From Octopus vulgaris (lineage: Eukaryota): a stretch of DNA of 64,000 nt. The translations under genes and the position numbers were made by a program. The DNA lies in assembly GCA_951406725.2 (NCBI GenBank), contig OX597832.1, positions 5,580,001 through 5,644,000 on the forward strand. Reading direction: 5' to 3'. The notes below the pieces were generated by a model. That model was not told the DNA's origin. It saw only the letters and a program-made list of their open reading frames with translations, and did no database searches. Below, piece by piece: positions 11,708-24,700 of the stretch (positions within the stretch are counted from its first letter, which is position 1; every line of letters begins with the position of its first letter).

Positions 11708-11731
11708 CACACACATATATATGTATATATA
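11470..11731. repeat. Compound TA/CA/TACA microsatellite (representative of dozens)
   Basis: Simple repeats. Others at about 16025, 19870, 26500, 30950, 32300, 43080, 47360; (TTA)n at 40198 and 61520; (GACA)n at 49500. Confidence 0.95.
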
Positions 11732-12976
11732 GTACTAGCAACCAAGATAATTACATTGTTTTTCCTTACTATTTCTGTGGCAGAATGAATTTAGTAAATA
11801 ATGCATCCCTACAGCCCAGCATGAGTTGGAGTAGCATACTGGATTAGTGGGAGTCAAGAATGAGGAAAAGAGAGATAGTTACATCTACATTCATCCTGAT
11901 TACATTTCTCAGATTATTTGCAACAAATTGTCTCCAACTCTTAAGAATTAAGCCCATTGGGAGTTGACAGTTAAGTTCCTGCTAGTGGTGATAAATTAAT
12001 TAAATATCAGATACTCTCCCACATGCAGCCCTTACTTTACTGAGATGAAAAGTCTAGTCTTATCTATATAAAAAAGGCATGTCAGGTACTTGCTAGTAAG
12101 AGAATGGCAGAAGGAGAGGGAAGTGATAACTAGAGTGAGGAAGGAAGGGGTGGTCAAATATATTCAGATTATCAAATAAAAGGAGCATATGGTTGAAAAC
12201 AAAGAGGCCAAAAATTTAAAATAATTGATAGCTTCTGCTACTGAGGTGATCTAATTCATAGTAAATGTGTTTGGAAAGCATAGTAACTAGATTAGGAATA
12301 GGCTTTAAAAAGGGATTTTCTTGGTGTGAGCATGACTGTGTGGCTTAGAAATTTACTTCCGAACCATGTGGTTTCAAGTTTAGTCTGATGGCACATATCT
12401 TCTACAATAGCACCAGGCTGACCAAAGTCTTGAGTGGATCTGGTAGATGGAAACTAAAACAAGCCTATCATTTGTGTGTGTGTGCATGCACGTGTATGTG
12501 TGTGTACATAGACGTGTGTGCCAGGGTCTTGGCATCACATGATAGTTGTAAATGAGCACCCCTATCATACAAGCAGTATTGTTTGTTTCTAGTCTTCCAT
12601 GAAAACATGTCTGGCAATGAGGAAATATTACCAGGCTTGGAAACGGGTGAAGGTGGATGACAAGAAGGGCATCCAGCCATAGAAAATCTATCTCAACAAA
12701 TTCTGTTTGACCTATGCAAGCATGGAGAAGTGGGCATTACATGATGAACACACACTCAAAATAGTACTTATATTATTTCTTGACATTTCAGATAATAGTT
12801 CATTTACATAGATAGTATGCCTGGATTTGCAAACCTCAATCTAGTTAGAAAATAAATACTAGTTTCATTTTTCAAAAGGCATATTCTGTGTGAAGAAGGA
12901 AACCTATCAGAAAGATACCTTCCAAGAACAACAGAGTAGTATGCATACACACACACACAAACAAACAGTCACTTAC

Positions 12977-13042
12977 TGTTGCTTGGTTCAGGACAATAAC
13001 ATGAATGCCTCGGTTTTTATCAGGTTCTTCATCATGCAAAAC
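12977..13042 (-). CDS. POMGNT1: POMGNT1 coding exon 4 (VLHDEEPDKNRGIHVIVLNQAT)
   Basis: TTCTTTAAG| acceptor, |GTAAGT donor, 66 nt. RGIHVIVLNQAT is identical to human. Not in the ORF track. Confidence 0.95.
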
Positions 13043-13764
13043 CTTAAAGAAACAAAGAATAAAGAATCAAGTAGGAACATAATTAAAGTAAAAATTCAAT
13101 TACAATACAAAAAGTTGCTTCAAAATAAATTTCAAAATAGTCTGAATCAAAATCAGTTTTCAATCTGAAGTAGAGTTAGCAGCTGATTAATAACCCCATG
13201 ACAACGGCTTTTTTTTATCAGGCAATTAGGTTGCACTGATGGTAATCATCTTGGCTGAGATCAGCAATTAGCTCATGACCCCAGTGATAAAGTGGTACTT
13301 ACTTTACTGACCCTGAAAGAATGGAAAGCAAAGTTGACCTTGGCAGAATTTGAACTCACAAATGTAAAAACGGACGAAATGCTGCTAACAATTCTGCCAG
13401 CTTGCTGTCTTTCTGATTAATAATAATGATAAGGACAAAATGTCATGGTAAAGTAAGTTTCTGAGGAAAAGTCTAGTAGTGAGATTCCAACACAACAAAA
13501 CTTTCTGGTGCTCAACAAACATGAGTGATTTGATAATGACAACAACCAGAAGAACAGTCTAGTTATTGATTATTATAGATGAATGACAGAAATGATGTGA
13601 TATTAATGCCAGGTGCTTAGAAGTGAATTCACAAACTTTACTAATATTAGTCATGATCAATATTACAACTGTTCCAAGGACTGTGGGCAGAAACCATTTT
13701 CTCTTCTTTGTCTTCTTCAGTTTTTTTTTCTTTCCTTTTGTAGTTAATTCATTTACTTACTTAC

Positions 13765-14045
13765 TGGCACTCCATCGGTTATGATAACAAGGGCTTGAGT
13801 TGATCTGATGAATGGAACAGCCTGCTCATGAAATCAATGTGCAAGTGGCTCGGCACACCACAAACATGCATACCCTTAACATAGTTTTCAGGGACATTTA
13901 GCATGACACAACATGACATGGCTGGCTCTTTGCATTACAGATATGACTCGTTTTTGCCAGCTGAGTGGACTGGAGCAATGTAAAATATAGTGTCTTGCTC
14001 ATGGACACAATGTGCAGGCAGGAATCAAATTCATGACCTTAGCCA
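13765..14045 (-). mobile_element. tRNA-headed SINE with conserved central domain (family D)
   Basis: Shares the TTGAGCAAGACAC-type core with copies at about 4785-4990 (+), 22115-22240 (+) and 27595-27720 (-). Confidence 0.65.
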
Positions 14046-14111
14046 CTAAAGAAAACATGTCATTGAAAAGCAAATTGTTAAAACTGTTACTAGAAATGAA
14101 ATGGAACCTAC

Positions 14112-14230
14112 CGCTGTCCCATCAACTGAGACACTAACCGCATCCTTGCTGGATACTACTATCACAGAAAGAGTTCTTCCTAATTTCTCATTTTTAGACT
14201 GTTTATCGTGGATGTCAGTGCTCACTCCAG
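14112..14230 (-). CDS. POMGNT1: POMGNT1 coding exon 3 (GVSTDIHDKQSKNEKLGRTLSVIVVSSKDAVSVSVDGTA)
   Basis: TCTTTCCAG| acceptor, |GTAGGT donor, 119 nt, phase 1 to 0. Matches human [21 protein letters not shown]. Confidence 0.9.
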
Positions 14231-15319
14231 CTGGAAAGAAAAGAGATGTCAGGTTACATTCATAACACATTGGTTGGCATGGGACTATAGTAGAAAACAC
14301 TTCCCCAATGTGATGCAAAGTGGGACAGTACTTAAAAGCACACTGTTACAAAGTGAGCTTCATAACCATGCATCCATACCTGCATTAATGACTCATGAAA
14401 AACTTATTTCTAAATAACTGTCCCCAAAACTACAAACTCTTGAATTTGCAAACCTGTCAAAGTCAATCTTAAAAATAATGGAAATATTGAAAGCATCTTG
14501 TTTTCACCATCATCCTTTAAATATTAAGAAGGTCTCGCAGATTTTTGTAGTCCCAGATACTGTAATCATTTGTAGCATATGAATTAAGGATTTTGCATTC
14601 TCTCCCCAAGATACCAAGTTCAGCTATACTTTCCTGCAGATGGATTGGTATGTATACTATTGCTCCAATAATAATAGGTATGAAACTGAATGGGTTTCAT
14701 TAGCTTACCATTCTTGCCACTATGTGTGTGTAGTTGTGTAGACATGTGATGGTTGTAAATGAGTGTCATTGTCATACATGACTTAGAGGAGGAAAGCCAA
14801 CACCCATGATTGTTTACAAAACATCAGAGTGGTGGAAGGGAAGAAGTCATCAAACCTGTGTCTTGATTTGAGCACCTGCAACAGAGTTGTCTCAAAAGCA
14901 AGATGATGACATTAAACCAGACAATGGATCAAGTTTACTCCAGAAGAGCAAGAACTTCCACAGAAGGAGATTGAGCCCAAACACAACACAATTGTAAAAT
15001 AAACTTTTTTAACCACACAGACAGTGACTGCATCTGTTTACATCAACTCACACTGTTTACACCAATAATTTTGTTGTTGCATCACATATATTGACGTATG
15101 TGAAGTCAATTTAATGATTTATTTCTTTAGTTTATACCATAGCTGTTGCTATTGATGGAGGCATGGTTGTTGTGTGGTTGAGAAGTTTGCTTCCCAACCA
15201 CATGGTTTTGGGTTCCATCCCACTGCATTAGCACACTAGGTAAGTATCCATGAGGATAACATGGGGTCAACCAAAGCCTTCAAAGTGGATCTGGTAGAGA
15301 GAAACTGAAAGAAACCCAT

Positions 15320-15369
<50 letters not shown>

Positions 15370-15399
15370 CACACTCTTCACTCCTTTGCACCACATGGT

Positions 15400-16025
15400 C
15401 TCAATCTCCTCCCCTCTTCATTTAACCCCCTTCTCTCTCCTCTCACACCGACTTCCTCTCTTCACTTCTATCCACTTTCTCCCTTCATCGTCACCTCTCC
15501 ATTATTACCCCACCCCTACACATTCCCACCCACCATCCCTATACATCCCACCCCTACTCCACCCTCCACCTAACCCAAACCCCATCCTCGTCTCCCCCAT
15601 ATCACACCACACACCACCCCACACACACTAGTACTGGCCACTTCCCAGCACCCACACCATCATCCACACACCTACACATGCACATACATCAAGGTCACTA
15701 GCCCCTATCCACACGAACATACACACTCTCACATACACACGCATGTGCACCTTCGTTTTGGGATCACCACTACTTTTTTATCTCCCCTTCTTCCTAGATC
15801 TCTTGTCTGACCACCTCTGTCCAGCATTTGCCATGATTGATTGCTAGCCACTAAACTGTTTTTATTATCTCTCTCTCTGTGTTTATTTCTGTGTTTCTTT
15901 CTGTTAAATAGCGTAGGCTCAAAGCGTAAAAGACTTTCTCACTTCCTGAGCATCAAACTAATACATCTGTTTGTTGTTTACACACCCGTTTTTGTCTTTA
16001 GTTTTGTTTTCTTGTAAATTCAAGC
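15400..16025 (+). mobile_element. Penelope-like 3' terminal region (C-rich tract plus decayed hammerhead-like end)
   Basis: 15850-15970 is homologous to 8470-8585 and ends in a TA/TACA microsatellite. Confidence 0.45.
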
Positions 16026-16519
16026 TATACATATATATATATCTATATACATACATATGTATATATACATACATATATACATATGTACATATACATACAT
16101 ATATAAATATGTATATATACATACATATATAAATATGTATATATACATACATATATAAATATGTATATATACATACATATATATATATATGTATATATAC
16201 ATAAACACTAGTACTGGCCACTTCCCAGCACCCACACCATCATCCACACACCTAGACATACACATACATGTCAGGTCACTTTTGAGTGCTAAATCAGAGA
16301 TGGATGTAAGAGTGTTGACGGTCGGTAGTTAGGCCAAGAAAGAAAGATCATAACTGGCTGGACACCGGTCATGTGGAAGGAAGAGAGAGGGGTAGGGGGC
16401 AGCAGGATTGAAGATATATATACACATATATGTATATGTGTGTGTATGTATGTATATATATATATGTTTATGTGTATATATATATGTGTGTGTATACATA
16501 CGTATATATATTCGATGAC

Positions 16520-16985
16520 AGTACCACATGACTGGCATCCGTGCCAGTGGAGCACCATCCAAGCGTGGTCGTTGCCATGGCCACTGACTGGCACCTGTGC
16601 TGGTGGCATGTAAAAAGCACCATTCGAGTGTGATCGCTACCAGCGTTGCCTTACTGGCACTTGTGTCGGTGTCACGTCAAAAACAACATTCAAGTGAAGC
16701 CGTTGCCAGTGTCGCTGGACTGGCTCCTGTGCAGGTGGCACGTAAAAAGACCATTTGATTGTCGCCATTGTCAGTACCGCCTGACTGGCCCTCATGCAGG
16801 TGGCACATAAAAGCACTCACTGCACTCTCAAAGTGGTTGGCGCTAGGAAGGGCATCCAGCTGTAGAAACTCTGCCAGATAAGATTGCAGCCTAATTCAGC
16901 CATTTGGTTCACCAGTCCTCAGTCAAACTGTCCAACCCATGCCAGCATGGAAAGCGGACATTAAACTATGATGATGAGATGACGA
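16520..16985 (+). mobile_element. Retroposon 3' end with internal ~66-bp tandem units and (GAT)n tail (family C)
   Basis: Ends GGACATTAAACTATGATGATGA. Homologous copies at about 960(-), 24900(-), 29555(+), 31840(+), 42045(-), 47040(+), 49270(+), 56660(-), 59213(+), with variable 5' truncation. Confidence 0.85.
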
Positions 16986-17368
16986 TAATATACATATATA
17001 TATATATACATATATATGAGAAGAAAATGAATATAACAATAAGGAGCTCGTGGTTTTTGTTGGTATGTCTTTAATTAAGTAGATAACAAAGAAGGAAGAA
17101 GCAGAGATGAAGGTATATACACATATATGTACATATATATACATATATATATCTACACACACACACACATATATTTCTTACACAATGAATTTCTGCATAG
17201 TTTCCATCTTCCAAATTTCACTCATATTGTAAAACAGTATTGATTCCATGTATACGATGTCATGCAGTGATGTTGAACCCAAAACCATGTGGTTGCAAAG
17301 TGAGCTTTTTAACCACACAACAATACCTTCACCAGATATTATATAATTTCAGTTCTGATGCTCCAAAC

Positions 17369-17699
17369 AGTGGTTCTCAGCCATTTTTCATCTATGGTCC
17401 CCTTTGATTACTATTTCATTCTGGTAGACCCCCATAACCATTTAATGTTTAATAACTAGTTTCATAGATAGTTCCTTCAAAATTCCTTATCACACATTCA
17501 CTTGTGTAAGCTGAACTATGCAAAATGTCAGAGAAGAAAATGTATCTGTTTCTTGCAATAAATTCATTTAAAGTAAAAATTTTTCATGGACTCATAAAAT
17601 ACTAAATGTAGACCCCTTTTACTATTTTGCTTGGGTAAACCCTACAAAAATCTTACATGGACCTCAAGAGGTCATGTGGACCCCAATTGAGAACCACTA
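17369..17699. mobile_element. hAT-like MITE
   Basis: Ends CAGTGGTTCTCA and TGAGAACCACTA. Homologous copy at about 28721-29054; a related element at about 50483-50735. Confidence 0.7.
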
Positions 17700-18594
17700 G
17701 AAAGAAAGTGAATACATGATGTTTATTTTCTTCATAAGGTCTCAATAGCACAGGAACACAATGAAGGTGTGATAAGAAGGAAATAAAGGGCAGAATATCA
17801 AAGCAGAAATTGAATATGACACAACCAGTCTTTACCTCACAGATACCATGTTTATTTGGCTATTTGGCTAACAGCTGTAATAAACAGGGTATGTGGTTCT
17901 TCAATTTCAAAACTATCTTTCTTAGGAGATTTCTTTCTCATCTTTGTATACTTCTACAATGCACTAACCATCAACTCAAAGATTCACATTAACTAAATGT
18001 CATGCAAACCCCTATTTCTCTAAGATGAAAGGAGCCTCAATAGCAAAAATTAAAAAGTACAGTAAAAACAAAGAATAATATTTTATTCTTTTATATTCTA
18101 TAAATTGCCTTATAACAACAAAAGCAAAACGTTTTCTACCTAATGTTAATATTTTACCTATTTAAATGTTTTTTCAAATTTTCTGAGCAACTAGAACATT
18201 TAGCTCTGTTGTGCATTGAGAATTTAATTAACTAATATGTCTTCAATTTGAAAAAAAGTATTTGAAATGAACTTTCAGCAGGATACGTTGAAAATTTTTC
18301 AAATTTAATTTTTTATGGCTGATTCCATAATCATCTTATAACCTTTAATTTCAATACACCATGGAAACTTTGTAACAATAGAAGCCTCATTTTATATAGG
18401 ATCAATAAAGTATATCATTTATACAGGTCAATACCTTTTAGGGAAAACAAAGAACATTTGGTTTGTTTTTCCAATCCACATGAATTATTAATCGTAATGG
18501 TTGCAGAGGTGGGAGAATAGTGAACAATGTACACTTTTAATAAATTCTAAACTGTAGGAAGAGTAATAAGAGAATAAACGCAGAAGGAACTTAC

Positions 18595-18691
18595 ACAACT
18601 TGGCATAGTTATCCTGCTGTTTTTTACCTGTGTCAATGAGGAAGGTGATGTTGATAATAACAGTGATGATGAGAACTATTCCCAGGCTCAC
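18595..18691 (-). CDS. POMGNT1: POMGNT1 coding exon 2, transmembrane anchor (VSLGIVLIITVIINITFLIDTGKKQQDNYAKL)
   Basis: TTGCAG| acceptor, T|GTAAGT donor, 97 nt, phase 0 to 1. Matches human LLVTVIVNIKLILDT. Confidence 0.9.
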
Positions 18692-19175
18692 CTGCAAGTA
18701 CAAACACTGAAATCATTGATCTCAACTCTATTGGTAATCAATAGAATAGTTTAGCTTGTATAGAAAACCAGTTAAAAATGTACAGCAAAGTTAATCTCAT
18801 AAAGGAAACCAATTAAAACAAACTGTAAATAAAATGAATAAAGAAGAGAAACCATGTTGTTACTAAGGAAAAAGGAACATTACTTCAGCTTAGAGAATCT
18901 GCAAACTTTTTATCAAACAACCAGTTTTTCTTAAGCAGAAAAACCTCTGCAACTTATAGTTTCATCACAGTTTCTCCACTTGGAGCTTAACATGCACACA
19001 CACACACACACACACGCATGCACACGCACACACATACACACACATTATAGGGTTTGAGATGTTTTGGCACTGCCTACTGGCATTGTTGATTTGACGCTGA
19101 CTTATTTCACATTAGATATTTTAATCTCCCTCCTTCTGTTTCTCTCTCCGTCATTCTCTCTATATGCATGCATGT

Positions 19176-19223
<48 letters not shown>

Positions 19224-19409
19224 ATTTTTGCTTCGGTGCCAAAAATAGATACAGTATCCAGTCAGCTGCATCAAATCACCAGTGTCCAAACAGACACACC
19301 CAATCATTGCATTCCACATTTTGTATTTACTGAATAAGAAGCCTAAATAACAGGAAATAGTTTAATTTCTGAAGCAATAAAATATAGAGAAAAAAAACAT
19401 ACAACTAAC

Positions 19410-19535
19410 CTGAAATATTTTAGCCAGTATTTTCTTTTTTGAATATGTCCGAACATGAAAGCCAGAGGCGTTCCGAACCATTCGTTTTCGAGGTATAAAT
19501 GGTTTAGCATTAGGGTTAGGTACCCAGCTGTCCAT
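19410..19535 (-). CDS. POMGNT1: POMGNT1 first coding exon (MDSWVPNPNAKPFIPRKRMVRNASGFHVRTYSKKKILAKIFQ), cytoplasmic tail
   Basis: ATG at 19535; resembles the human N-terminus MDDWKPSPLIKPF. Ends CAG|GTTAGT, phase 0, 126 nt. Confidence 0.88.
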
Positions 19536-19789
19536 GGCCTGAGATAAGTGTGCAGTGGCAACAATGACAGATGGCAGTTGTGGTGTTGGCAAAGAGAAAC
19601 CACACCAATGGAGGGCTGTACAATCCTGCCCAAAAACTCAAATAGCATGCTCCTCACTACTGACCAACCTTTTGAGGTGGTGTCAACACAGTTCAACTTG
19701 GGTGTCCATTGTGTTCAGAATGGCAATTTAATTGTACAGAAGACATCATGTGAAGTTTTCAAAATAATTCAGCATAACTTAAAAGGTAT
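19536..19789 (-). other. POMGNT1: Probable 5' UTR portion of the POMGNT1 start-codon exon
   Basis: Strong pyrimidine-tract acceptor TTTTCTTTTTCTTCCAG| ends at 19790 on the minus strand, implying further non-coding exon(s) upstream. Confidence 0.6.
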
Positions 19790-19912
19790 CTGGAAGAAAA
19801 AGAAAACATAAATAACATAAAAATAAAAACTATGAAAGATAATACACAAAATGCAAAAGCATATTTTAGCTATATACACACACAAATATACATGTATATA
19901 TACATGAGCATG

Positions 19913-19964
<52 letters not shown>

Positions 19965-20027
19965 TATACATATATATATGTATACATACACACACATAGA
20001 TATATAGAAATACACACATACACAAAG

Positions 20028-20088
<61 letters not shown>

Positions 20089-21703
20089 GTTAAAGGTGAA
20101 TGTATAGAAAAGAAGTAAATGCAATGAGATTATTTTTTTAAATTTGAGTTGTCTTAAAACAAAATTATTCACTGAAATAGAGTGAAGTGATTGGGTAGGT
20201 GAAAAAAATAATCGTACACACAGAGGGGGAAAAGATATCTAGTTTTAGGGTGTGTTTCTAATATTGTGTTCTTTTAAATAGACTTATCATAATAAATCTA
20301 ACCATGAAATAACTGCCTCAGAGCTCAATCTGAAAAACAAGTATTATTATTATTAAAATGTGAAAACTGAAAAATATACCGATTACAAGAACAGAATGTT
20401 AACTTGAACACTTTAATTTCATGAAATACACATATGTATTTTTTTTATTTGATATTCACACACAGAGTTAAAAGAATAGATGTAGTTTTCAACATAAAAT
20501 TATGCATAGTCATTATTATGTATGGAGCTGACATGATACAAATTAGATAACACTCAGTCTACACACATGGGGAATGGAAAGTGAGATGATTAAAACCTTT
20601 TCCAAGGAAATGTTGTTTATAAAAGAAGAAAAAAAGAACCTATAAGACATTAAAACTGGATAAAGACTAGACTTGGCAACAATGGAAGTGCTGTGCCATG
20701 AAACTGGAGTTGGTACAACACTGGATATTTAGTATGTACAAACTACTAGTTATTCTCTATAATAGTGGATATTCTTCAGCAGCAGCAACATCATCAAATC
20801 CACTGCCGATGCCTCCACCATCATCACTGCCACCACCACCATTTTTGTGTCTGTTTTTCCATGCTGGCATGGGTTTGATGGGACTTTATTATGATTAAGT
20901 ACCCTGTCTGATACCAACTTTTTTCATAGCCTTTTATGACATAAGGATCTGGTACACCTACTCTAAAAATCCGGATCCAAACAAAGTTAAATGACAAACA
21001 GAACCACCTGTGACAGGTGAACTATATATCTGCCATAGCAGATGATCACATAATCAACTACACTAAAAGCATTCCTGAACTAATAGTAACAGTATGTTAG
21101 TATTAACAGATATTTTGTACTTAGTAATATTATCTCTATGCTAGTGAACATTCAGTATATATTTATTCTTTGCTAGCAGAATGTTCAGTACTAACTGTTA
21201 TTAATTATATGGTGGTGATGAGTAGCTATTCAGTACATACAAACTAATGTCAACAGCAACCTTAAAGCTATGTGCTGTGCCACACCTAGAAATAAGCTTA
21301 TTCCAATAGTATGTTAAAAAAAAATTTAAGGTTTGAATCTGAAGGAGAGTCAATGTTTTCATTGTTTTCAATTTTTTATGTTTGTTACCGTAAAATGACA
21401 ATTTGAAAAATAAACAATCATTGAAATAAAGTGGAAGAATATCAAATAAAAGAAAAAAACAAATGCAAAAAGATAATCTTTGTCATTACCATTTCCATAG
21501 TTCCTAAGTTGGCACAGTTGAGAATGTAAATCAGTAGCAATAAAAATATACAGATGAGTATTTTAGAGGTTGTTTTTAACTGCATCTTAGTATAAGCACT
21601 TACTGTTGTATCACTATCAGCAGTAGTCTCTTCCACTTTATAACTTAATATCTGTTTGAGGGTGTATATTAACCAACAGTTGTCCATTAGACATTCAAAT
21701 AGT

Positions 21704-21761
<58 letters not shown>

Positions 21762-24700
21762 GGTGAGAAAGAGAGACTTCATGAATAGAAAAAGATACCA
21801 CATGTATGAATGAGAACAAGAATGTGTATGTAAATGAAGGGTATGTGTGTGTGTGTGTATGTACTTAATTGAGGAGGATGCTATATAATATAGTGAGCCA
21901 GAAAGGAAAAAGTTTTCATTCATTAAAACTTGCAGTGAGGATGGATAAATCATTAGTTCCAATGATTCTGGTAAAAAACAGAAAAAGTAAGAAAAGCAAA
22001 GCAAAAAGTCAAAAATTGAATGAGGGCATGTTTTGGGGAATGTGTCTAATCTTTGGTAAGTATGATGATATATTTTTGGTCTTAGAGATAGTGTGAGAAG
22101 GCATTATTTGGACTAGTGTGGTAAGGGTGTTGTACTCATGAGCATAAGATTGTGATTTCAGGCTGGATTGTGTGTTGTCTTCTTGAGCAAAACACTTCGT
22201 TTCATGTTACACCAGTTCACTCAGCTGGAAATGTGTTCCAGGAAAAACTTAATTAACCTTGTGACAGATCAATATCTAAGTCTATTAGATATTGTCAGGT
22301 TTTAACTGACTGAAAGATATAAAGATTTTGAGTTAGAAGTTGAACTTCTGGAATCTTTTGCACATTCTAGTGGTCATAATACACGTGTGTATGGGCATGC
22401 ATGATGTATGTGTATGTAATATAGCTAATAATTCTACCAGCAACAAAGCTTTTCTCTAATGGTGCAAAAGCAGACAGTATGAAGCAGGCATAGTAAATGT
22501 GATGTTACATGAGAGATAGATAGGCATTGACTGATGACAGACTATGGTAGGCTGGAGAGGAACATACAAGTGCAATGTATTGGATGTGAAATATGTATCT
22601 GTCCAGGAAGCAGATGGGGAAATGATTTGACAGAGTAAAGAGAGCAGTCAAAATATGCAGAAGAGACAGCAGTGCTGGTATGGTAGATCTTTCAGAAACA
22701 GATACTTCCCCAAGAAGAGGATATTGTAAAAGTGGTTAGGTCAGATCTTAAGCCATCAAGCCTGGAAAGAGAGAGGACAAAAAGGCTGAGATGAATGCAA
22801 ATATGTTGAAGAATAAATTTACCTAACCCAAGGTGCATGAGAAAAATAAAAGGACATTAGATCATAGATTATGATAGTTATGATGCATATTTGAATACAT
22901 ATTTGTGCATGAGTGCACAAAACAAAGATGTTTACTTGGATGTGAGGCTAAAAGGAAAGTTAACTAACTGGCAAGTGAGGTACATTGTCGAGTTACAAGA
23001 GCTGCAGAGGCCAGAGGTTTGACAATTTTCTATCTGTAAGTAGTGCTTGACAGATAAATCAAGATATAATTGAGAAGAAGCCAATATCAAGTGATATAAA
23101 TACCAAGTGATTACTATCAGTGGCAGTTAAGGGTTGATGAATGAAAAATATAAATGATTTGGTGCAGGTGTGGTTGTGTGGTTAAGAAGCTTGTTTTCCA
23201 ACCACGTAGTCTTGGGTTCAGTACCACTGCATGGCATCTTAGACAAGTGTCTTCTTCTATAGCCCTGGACCAACCAAAGTTTTGTGAATGGATTTAGTAG
23301 ATGAAAACTGAAAGAAGACTATCATGTGTGTATTTTGAATTTGTGAACTCGTATGTACTTTTGTCTTGATATCACATGATGGTTGTAAACAAGCAACATT
23401 ATCATACAAGTAATACTGTTTGTTTCTCATCTTCCATGGACAAAATGTCTGGCCATGGGAAATATTAACATGCTTGGAAACAGGTGAAGATAGGTGACAG
23501 GAGATGCATCTGGCCATAGAAAATCTGCCTTAGCAAATTCTGTCTGACCCATGCAAGCATGAAAACACAGACACTAAATGATGATGACAATGAAATTAGA
23601 ACACTTGCAAACCAATGGCATTAACAGAGAAATTAGTTAGAAGGTTTCAACAGACAGACAGTTAGTAAAATGATTAATCCTTTAACATTTAAACTGGCTA
23701 TATCAAGCTAAAATATTCTACCTATTTTATATTCAAACTGGCCAGATCCAGCTGCTCACACCTACCCTACAATGTCACTCAAAAAATAAACAATCACATC
23801 ATCAGAATCTCAAAACCATGAGATAATGCATGATTAATTCAAAACAATGTGAATATATAAGCATTGCAGTTGATAAAGTAATCTGAATGCCAAAAGGGTC
23901 TAAAAAAACAATCAAGTCAGATTTTCCACAGAAATAGTTGACCAGATGTTAAAAGTACATGTTAGTGTCACATTAGTTACCCACCTAGCTAATAACTTGT
24001 GGTAACTAGCTAGGCAAGCAAGATGGATTCAGAAATTAATTCTTAAAATCTTGGGAATAATTAGAAACAGTTGGCAAACCCTTACAAGGTTTTATCATTG
24101 TAAGAAAATGAATTTCCTGGTGAACATGTGTATTATATGAACCACAGTGAAAAGTTATTTCAGGGTTTTATTGCAAATAGCGTCTTTGTTAGATTAATAG
24201 GAACATTTATCGTTAGTTGTTCATCAGAAATGTAAAGATTGAATGCACTGGAATAGATAGTAATTATGTGTAAGTTTTCACATAGCTGCATGGCTGACCA
24301 ATAACTGTTTTAAAAAAGTGGGAATATAATTACAATCATAAGTTCTGCAAACAACAAACCCAGTATACAGACAAGATGGCTACAACTTGAATAACTTGAA
24401 AGATTAAATGCTTGGTGCTCAAACTGATATTACAGCTGTTCCAGAGATGTTTATATACTTGATCAAATGAAGCATTGGCTTTGGCTATGTGCCTGGAGAT
24501 CTAATGAGCTGGTTGTCTGTTAAAGCCAAGATACTGCCACCCTCTAAATAGCATATGAAGTCACCTTAAACAAGCCATAATATTAATATTCTTGTGCATT
24601 AATGTTTTCCAGAGCTTATAATACATTTATTGCAAATATTACATCAATCAGATCATTCATAGTAAAACGAAGTGCAGGTTTGAAATGAACAATTATTTGG

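Noticed and set aside
11467-11788. YI/HT/CV-rich ORFs here and throughout the window
   Set aside because: Translations of TA/CA microsatellites.
13805-13835. CTGATGA...GAAA in the family D SINE
   Set aside because: No flanking helices; chance match in a decayed SINE body.
16530-16820. CRISPR-like repeat/spacer appearance
   Set aside because: The spacers are homologous to each other, the array is part of a dispersed eukaryotic retroposon, and no cas genes are present.
19506-19521. TTAGGGTTAGG telomere-like motif
   Set aside because: Under two units and lies within POMGNT1 coding sequence (PNPN).
22524-22580. CTGATGA-CAGACT/AGGCTG-GAGA hammerhead-like string
   Set aside because: GAGA rather than GAAA, no helix III or proper cleavage triplet.
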